Part shown: positions 14,209 through 20,000 of the stretch, one piece after another
Numbering within the stretch: position 1 is the first letter of the stretch
Layout of the letters: each line of letters starts with the position of its first letter
From: an uncultured virus (IMG/VR IMGVR_UViG_3300030098_006004)
Lineage: Duplodnaviria; Heunggongvirae; Uroviricota; Caudoviricetes
DNA length: 20,000 bases
IMG/VR virus record: IMGVR_UViG_3300030098_006004
Direction: 5' to 3' (one strand)
Made by a program: the position numbers and the translations under genes
The notes under the pieces: generated by a model
Databases searched by the model: none
Told to the model about the DNA's origin: nothing
What the model saw: only the letters and a program-made list of their open reading frames with translations

Positions 14209-15543
14209 TTAGTACGAGCTAGAACCACCGCCGCTGGTTGAGCCGCCAGTGATTTGTCCTGTATGGATGTTAGTGGTGGTAGAGAAAGTGTCTTTATCTT
14301 TCTTTTTCTTTTCCATGACTTTCTCTGGCTTTCCAGAGTAGATGTTGGTGCTAGGATTTAGCTTTCCATAGTTAAACTTTTCTTTTCTGTTTTTTGGAAT
14401 GGCTGTTGGGTCAAGTTTAATAAGTCTTTTCTCTCCCATATCTAAAGTTTTGCTCAAGCCATATTTCCTATAGAAATTTCCAATCTTCTTGTTTGTTTCT
14501 TTTTGCTCTTTTCTTGACATAGTTTTTCCATTCTCTATATTTCTTATAAGGAAATATTTTTCAAGCCAGAACATTTCAGGCATATTTTCAACATCAATTT
14601 CTGAAACGTATTCTCTTTTTATAGAGTTTATAAACATCTTTCCTTTTTTATTATAATCAGGGAAACTTTCTTCAGAAAAATTAGTAACGATGCCATTGTA
14701 ATATTCTCTTGCTGTAAGCTTAAAATCATCGTATTCTGTTTTGTATACCCTATTATAAGCATTATCAAAGACATTTTCAATTGTTAGATTTCTTTGTCTC
14801 ATATATTTTTTCATATGCGGAGAGTCTAAACGAGCAACGAGTCGCCAAGGAACATTAACATCTAATGACAGACCATGCTCAATCGCTGTTCTAATAAAAA
14901 AATCTAAGAACTTATCTTCCAAAAAATCTTTTTTCTTTAAATCGTCATCTGCGCGAATCTTCGAAAACAGGTCTATAGTTAATCCGCTAACCCCAGGAGA
15001 AGAAAGGTTGCTTTTCATAAAAGCTGTCTTTGTTACTGGACTGTTCCTAGCTACACCAGCCATAGAAGTAAAATAAAAATCTAGAAACTTTTTAAAATTG
15101 CAATACTTCTTTCGCAAGGTTTTATTTCCGAACATTGTTTGATATATAATAGAGTATATGTCTTTCTGATACTGATGATACTCTTGATGTGCGCTAATCC
15201 AGGCTCTTTTAGGTAGAAATTTCATGAATCTTGTGCTGTAGTTAGCGATTCCTAGTTTCTCTGTTACTTCATATATAAACTTAACCTTAAAATCTTCGAA
15301 AGCGTCAACAACAAAATTTAAACCAAATAAAGTAGTATCTGTTTCGTACTGCTTTAAATGAGACTCATCAAGAATAACAGCATATCCTTCTCTGTCTATT
15401 TTTCCATAAAAAGGATTGCCATAAAGAAAGTCTGTCAAGTTTAAATCGTCGTATGCCTGCATGGCAAATTCTTTATACATTGCCCTTTCATTAAAAGCCA
15501 TTTTCGGATCTAAGTTGTTTTTTGCATAATATTCTTCAACCAT
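14209..15543 (-). CDS. Hypothetical protein with Gly/Ser/Thr-rich C-terminal tail
   Basis: 444-aa ORF; no recognised motif; directly follows the structural-like gene. Confidence 0.75.
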   Translation of the reverse strand: MVEEYYAKNNLDPKMAFNERAMYKEFAMQAYDDLNLTDFLYGNPFYGKIDREGYAVILDESHLKQYETDTTLFGLNFVVDAFEDFKVKFIYEVTEKLGIANYSTRFMKFLPKRAWISAHQEYHQYQKDIYSIIYQTMFGNKTLRKKYCNFKKFLDFYFTSMAGVARNSPVTKTAFMKSNLSSPGVSGLTIDLFSKIRADDDLKKKDFLEDKFLDFFIRTAIEHGLSLDVNVPWRLVARLDSPHMKKYMRQRNLTIENVFDNAYNRVYKTEYDDFKLTAREYYNGIVTNFSEESFPDYNKKGKMFINSIKREYVSEIDVENMPEMFWLEKYFLIRNIENGKTMSRKEQKETNKKIGNFYRKYGLSKTLDMGEKRLIKLDPTAIPKNRKEKFNYGKLNPSTNIYSGKPEKVMEKKKKDKDTFSTTTNIHTGQITGGSTSGGGSSSY

Positions 15544-18500
15544 TGTTTAAATACCTAAAAGAGTTCTGTCCAGGCTGACGTCGCTTTTCCGATGCCTGAT
15601 ATCCCTTCCATAGCTTGTTGAGCTGCTGCTGCTGCTGCTTGTTCTGGCGTNNNNNNNNNNTAGGTTTTGGTTTTTTACCTTTTCCTGCGCCTAGCTTTTT
15701 GTCCCTAGCATTTTCAGGAGAAGTATACGGCACCCCTTTGTCTTTTATCTCTTCTGTTGGAGCTGGATAGAACGGTCGTTTATTGTCCCCTTTCTTGGCA
15801 ACACCTGTCTTGATGCCCTCAAGGACAGTCTCATATACTCCTGGTCCAATTCTGGTTTCTACAGAAGCAACATAAAAATAGCCGCCGAGTCCTGTATCCT
15901 TAATAACATTTATACCTGCATTGTCTTTTTTCCTGCCAGTTTGACCAATCATGGTTCCCATTGTGGGATCAACAAAAAAAGTATGACCTGGATCGAACAG
16001 CGAGTTTCCTATCATTGTTAAAGAACAGTTAAACAATCGAGGGATAAAAGCCGTTGCTTGTGGATTCACTGCTGAAATTCCTTCTAAAAGCAGAGCTTCG
16101 GTTTGATGTGGCAATTCTTCTGATTTGAAAGATACATTTTTAACCAATCCTTTTCCTGCTCCAAAATAAAAATGATGTATGTTATCTTGAAGATCAGATT
16201 TTCTGTCGTAAGATTGTCTAGTTAGACCTCTAGATCCTAAAAAGACATATTTATAATGCGGTCTCTTGCTTATATCTTTAGAGTTAGCCTTGATATTTGT
16301 TTCAAACTGTTGCATTCTAGCTTTGAAGGTATTTTTTGTATATGACCTGCCAAGGTCGCGTTTCTTACCCTTGAAACCAGACAGTTTCCATATTCCTCCA
16401 GTACCATCTCCCTTTTTATCTTTTTTACTAAAAGAAGGCATACTGAACAATACAGTTTGAGGAGTAGTTCTTTGTATATCTACTTGCCCTACAAAACAAT
16501 CTGAGTTGAAATAATCTCTTAAGATGCTTTTTAAAAGACCTTGAATAAAGTTGTATCTAGTCATTTTATACGCCTGTGGGGAGACTAGCTTTTCTACAAT
16601 ATAATTTGAAAAATGAGATAAAGTCAATGGAATATCAGCAATGTTTATAGAATAGAGAACTTGATTTTCTCCTTTGACGATAGGAACAAGAACAGTTCCT
16701 AAGATATAGTTGAGTTTTTCAGTGGGTCCCAGATCGTCCTCAACACCGATGTTTCCAGCAAAAAACTTATATGATTTAAAAGACTCTCTAAACACTGCCT
16801 GTACAAGATCTCCAAAATAAACAAAATGAATTGGCCAAACATCTTTTGAAGTATCAAAGCCTGCGCCGTGGCTTTTCAAAGCTTCAGTGGCGTTCTTTTT
16901 GATTGTACTGCTCATTTTCGATACTTTTTTAGACTTTTCAAACTCATCTCTTAACTTTTGAATTTCTTTTTTTATTTCCTCTTCGGTCTTTTTTTCAAGT
17001 GTTAACTTTATCCTCAGTTGACCAATCTTAAGTTTAAGTTGTTCTTCGTCTACATTTGCGTTGTTTTCTTTGACTCCTTTGCTAATACCTCCTTTGACTT
17101 TGCTCAAAGTTGTTGCTTTCGAGCCGACGCCTCTTTGAACAGTCCTGGGCGAGTCTCTAAGCATATTAATATCTCTTGTTGGAGACCATTTTAAAACATT
17201 TCCATCGGAGCGGGCTCCGAGAAATGCCTTGGGAACGGCGCAAGTATAAATATTTCTGTCCTCGTCAAAAATTGATGATAGAAAGTCAGAAAGTTGATGA
17301 CGCACGTAATCATCATACTGATTTGCTTTAGCATACAAAACTTCCCTTTTTATAATTTCTTTAAAATTGGCAAGATCTGAGGTTTGTCTTCTGGTCAATA
17401 CTTTACCAGAGTTTTGCAGTTGCTCTAACTTGCGAAGTTTTTCCACGTTGGTCTTTAGTGTCTGGTTTTGATCTAAAGATTCTTTGCCTGCTATTTGAGC
17501 TTGACCAGCGGCAGGAAAAAGTTTATTTTTTGGATTTACCTCTAAAGACCTTTCTATGCCGTAATATCTTGCTATTAACTCTACTTGACCTTCATTTGTG
17601 AAATTAAACTCAGAATCATAAGGATTCAAAACATAAGATTTAAATAAAGATTGTTCATTTAAGTTTTTAAAAAACTTTGAATCTTGTTCGTTAAGTTTTT
17701 TGATATCTTCGGGGGTTGTCCATCCAACCTCAAGAATAACATTGGCAGATTCTTCTGACATGGATATAACTTGAAGAAAATCAGTATTTTTAGTATTAAT
17801 AGGAAATACTAGTTCTGCGTAAGAAGCAGGTATTCTTTTTAATTTTTCTTTGTCATTAGAGCCAGCCAGCGAGGCATATTTAGGGTCAACTCCATAAGGA
17901 AAAGACACCTTTCCTTTCGGATCGAAAGAAGGAAAGTTTAAAAATATCTCCTGTAATGTATTGAATATAAAAGTAATTTCTACTTCAGTTGTATGCGGGG
18001 TATCAAAGTCTTTATCTCCACTGTGTGCTTTGTAGACAATTTCTTTAATACCAGCCCCCATAGAACGACCACCTCCCGCTTGGAGCATGGTTTGTAATGT
18101 AGATGTGTTTGTGTGGGTGCTAAATGGACCTTCAACTTCTACTGTATAAGTTTCAAACATTTTCGAGTTAGCTTTTCTAGTTTTTCTTTCTTTATAAAGT
18201 TTGATTCTAGGTTGCATCATCGCCAATTGATGTGGCTGGATATTCAGCATCCTATTGATAGTTCTAGGTTTGTAGCCTATCAGATTAAAAATATTTGTGT
18301 TTGGACCTGTTATCCTTAGAAATTCATAATTTTTTATATCTTTAGAGCCAAAAGAATGGTGATAGTTTTCAAACTCATCAATCAAGTTCAACATGAAACA
18401 TTGCATGTTTTTTCTTATTTGTTTGGCAACATTTTTGCTTTTAGCTACTCCAGATGATTTGGCATCTACTTTATCATTCTCTTTTTGAGCATTATCAACT

Positions 18501-20000
18501 GCTTTCTTAATCTTGGCGAACTTCTCGAACATTTGCCAAATAATATTAATAAGAAACTTAAGGAAATATTTTCCCCACTTTGAGTCTTTTGAAAACGGCT
18601 TTGCATCTTTTGGTAGATTTTTAAAGACTCCGTTATTAACGCAATCAATGATATACAGAACCAATCTCATTGACCACATCATCCAAGGTCTATTAACTTG
18701 AACTTTGTAGACAGGATCTAAAAGATACCATCGAAGATTTTGGTAAGATTTGCCTTTCTGGAGTATGTTAATTTTTTCGTTCTCAACAGGTATTTCACCA
18801 TCGCGGGTGCCAAAATCACTTGGGTTTCTTCCCATGCCAAGTTGTCTTGCAAAAATATCATCGACCCATTGCTTAAGCTTAGTTTTATTTTCCAGACTGC
18901 CTCCGGCGAATCCTGGACCATGCCTTAATGTGTGAATTATGGTTTCAATATCATGTTTTTGATAACCGCCAGGATACCAAGCTGCTTTAAGGTCGTCCGC
19001 ACCCCTTGTAAACTCGGCAATATTAAGCATGCTTTCGCCGTTAGTAATCTTATTTTCGTACCATAAGAGAATGTTGGAATCACCGCCATTCCAAGTGCCA
19101 CCTGCCCATTGTTCAAATTTTGGATTCCCACCTGTTGTCTCGTTTGCGAGATTCCATGCTTCTTTCGACGAATAAGGGGCTCCATTATCGTCCGTAAAAG
19201 GATTGTAAGCAGAATAATGAGTTTTATACTTATCCGTCTTGGTTGCAAAAGTGTCCTTAACCCCAGTTTTGCCATGCCCCGTCAGGTTATCAAGTGTCTC
19301 CCAGCCTCTGTGAAATTCAAAAGTCTGCTGAACAAGAGGGTCCATGTTCCTTTTTCTTTGAGAATAACTACGAGGTGTCCAATCTTTAATTTCCCCTTTT
19401 GCTTCTTTTCTGTATGGAGCACCTCTCCAGCCATGCTGTTCGCCTGCGACTGGTGAGCTATGCCACCAAAAATAGTAATCCTTTTCTACATATTTTAGAC
19501 ACCAGGCATCAAGCCATTTAGGACATTTAGGTCTATCAAAAGAAGGTCTACCTCCGAAAGCTTCATCATTATGACGGCGAATTGGAGTAAAAACAAATGT
19601 TCTGTATGGGAAATTCTCTGCTTTACGGGTCCACAGTCCGTAGGTGGCAAGCGTTCCCATCTTGTCGTTGCGAACCATCTTTGCCAAGCCGGGATGGTCG
19701 CTTGTGAGTTTCGCCATTGCTGAAGGGTAAGTCTCCCCGCCGCCCAGACTTTCCATTATTCGTACAAGTTTTTGCTCGCCAGAGTTTAGATTACCATATA
19801 AGCCGGGTATCTTTATTTGACTGCCGCCGTCGCTCACTACGCTCAATCGACCAGTTAGTTCATTAGCAGCTCCCATGCCATTTACCCCAAATATTTCATC
19901 GATGATCTCTTCTTGATTCCACTCGCGTTCGGTGGGTTCAAAGTGCGCCATTCCATCCCACCACTCCATTTTGTTCCAGTATGAAATATAGCCGCTGTTT
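15536..20000 (-). CDS. Very large virion structural protein, probably 5'-truncated; C-terminal region resembles a baseplate hub (gp27/gpD-like)
   Basis: Frame is open upstream of Met 19969 to the window edge. C-terminal GLVKNVSF...CSLTMIGNSLFDPGHTFFV...GLGGYFYVASVETRI...YETVLEG matches the hub beta-barrel pattern. The true stop is uncertain because of the N gap at 15651-15660. Confidence 0.6.
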   Translation of the reverse strand, partial: NSGYISYWNKMEWWDGMAHFEPTEREWNQEEIIDEIFGVNGMGAANELTGRLSVVSDGGSQIKIPGLYGNLNSGEQKLVRIMESLGGGETYPSAMAKLTSDHPGLAKMVRNDKMGTLATYGLWTRKAENFPYRTFVFTPIRRHNDEAFGGRPSFDRPKCPKWLDAWCLKYVEKDYYFWWHSSPVAGEQHGWRGAPYRKEAKGEIKDWTPRSYSQRKRNMDPLVQQTFEFHRGWETLDNLTGHGKTGVKDTFATKTDKYKTHYSAYNPFTDDNGAPYSSKEAWNLANETTGGNPKFEQWAGGTWNGGDSNILLWYENKITNGESMLNIAEFTRGADDLKAAWYPGGYQKHDIETIIHTLRHGPGFAGGSLENKTKLKQWVDDIFARQLGMGRNPSDFGTRDGEIPVENEKINILQKGKSYQNLRWYLLDPVYKVQVNRPWMMWSMRLVLYIIDCVNNGVFKNLPKDAKPFSKDSKWGKYFLKFLINIIWQMFEKFAKIKKAVDNAQKENDKVDAKSSGVAKSKNVAKQIRKNMQCFMLNLIDEFENYHHSFGSKDIKNYEFLRITGPNTNIFNLIGYKPRTINRMLNIQPHQLAMMQPRIKLYKERKTRKANSKMFETYTVEVEGPFSTHTNTSTLQTMLQAGGGRSMGAGIKEIVYKAHSGDKDFDTPHTTEVEITFIFNTLQEIFLNFPSFDPKGKVSFPYGVDPKYASLAGSNDKEKLKRIPASYAELVFPINTKNTDFLQVISMSEESANVILEVGWTTPEDIKKLNEQDSKFFKNLNEQSLFKSYVLNPYDSEFNFTNEGQVELIARYYGIERSLEVNPKNKLFPAAGQAQIAGKESLDQNQTLKTNVEKLRKLEQLQNSGKVLTRRQTSDLANFKEIIKREVLYAKANQYDDYVRHQLSDFLSSIFDEDRNIYTCAVPKAFLGARSDGNVLKWSPTRDINMLRDSPRTVQRGVGSKATTLSKVKGGISKGVKENNANVDEEQLKLKIGQLRIKLTLEKKTEEEIKKEIQKLRDEFEKSKKVSKMSSTIKKNATEALKSHGAGFDTSKDVWPIHFVYFGDLVQAVFRESFKSYKFFAGNIGVEDDLGPTEKLNYILGTVLVPIVKGENQVLYSINIADIPLTLSHFSNYIVEKLVSPQAYKMTRYNFIQGLLKSILRDYFNSDCFVGQVDIQRTTPQTVLFSMPSFSKKDKKGDGTGGIWKLSGFKGKKRDLGRSYTKNTFKARMQQFETNIKANSKDISKRPHYKYVFLGSRGLTRQSYDRKSDLQDNIHHFYFGAGKGLVKNVSFKSEELPHQTEALLLEGISAVNPQATAFIPRLFNCSLTMIGNSLFDPGHTFFVDPTMGTMIGQTGRKKDNAGINVIKDTGLGGYFYVASVETRIGPGVYETVLEGIKTGVAKKGDNKRPFYPAPTEEIKDKGVPYTSPENARDKKLGAGKGKKPKPXXXXRQNKQQQQQLNKLWKGYQASEKRRQPGQNSFRYLNNG
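15651..15660. other. Assembly gap (10 N)
   Basis: nnnnnnnnnn in the sequence. Confidence 1.

Noticed and set aside
15620..15642. Poly-glutamine tract in the giant protein
   Set aside because: Frame depends on the arbitrary 10-N gap; the poly-Ala frame is at least as plausible
417..19456. Numerous short plus-strand and alternate-frame ORFs in the track (e.g. 1360-1737, 11645-12103, 19109-19456, 18937-19275)
   Set aside because: They lie within or largely overlap well-supported minus-strand genes and show no recognisable motifs; shadow ORFs
1..20000. Stop-codon reassignment as seen in some huge phages
   Set aside because: Conserved genes are full length in the standard code, and TAG terminates the SSB and polA genes normally
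1..20000. CRISPR array, tRNA, intron or intein
   Set aside because: No repeat-spacer array or cloverleaf seen; intergenic gaps are short; RNR, helicase, RecA and PolA are uninterrupted and of compact length
1..20000. Cellular (bacterial) origin suggested by recA, polA, ftsZ, cysK and groES
   Set aside because: These genes are divergent or compact and co-oriented with a gp32-like SSB, a gp41-like helicase and a hub-like structural gene, which is a phage arrangement

Overview
AT-rich, gene-dense fragment of a large tailed dsDNA bacteriophage with a T4-like replisome. Every credible gene is on the minus strand and reads in the standard genetic code. In transcription order (right to left): a 5'-truncated giant virion/baseplate-hub-like protein, a hypothetical protein, a compact family A DNA polymerase, a tubulin/FtsZ (PhuZ-like) protein, a gp32-like SSB, an FKBP PPIase, RecA/UvsX, a small hypothetical, a 5'-3' exonuclease, a DnaB/gp41 helicase, a class II ribonucleotide reductase, a DsbA/GapR-like protein, GroES, a lytic transglycosylase and two degenerate enzyme-like proteins. 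The left end is the most notable part. It is a putative late operon starting with an unannotated 31-aa peptide with 10 Cys (MKKFLHRLRNLFREHCCCCCETCGCTNCACC; 2138-2233), followed by proteins sharing an N-terminal MKITxxxLxxIIxE leader and then a cysteine synthase. Two promoter classes are visible: sigma70-like CTTGAA..TATAAT and an ACTAWTTA motif. All assignments come from motif recognition by eye; no database searches were run.
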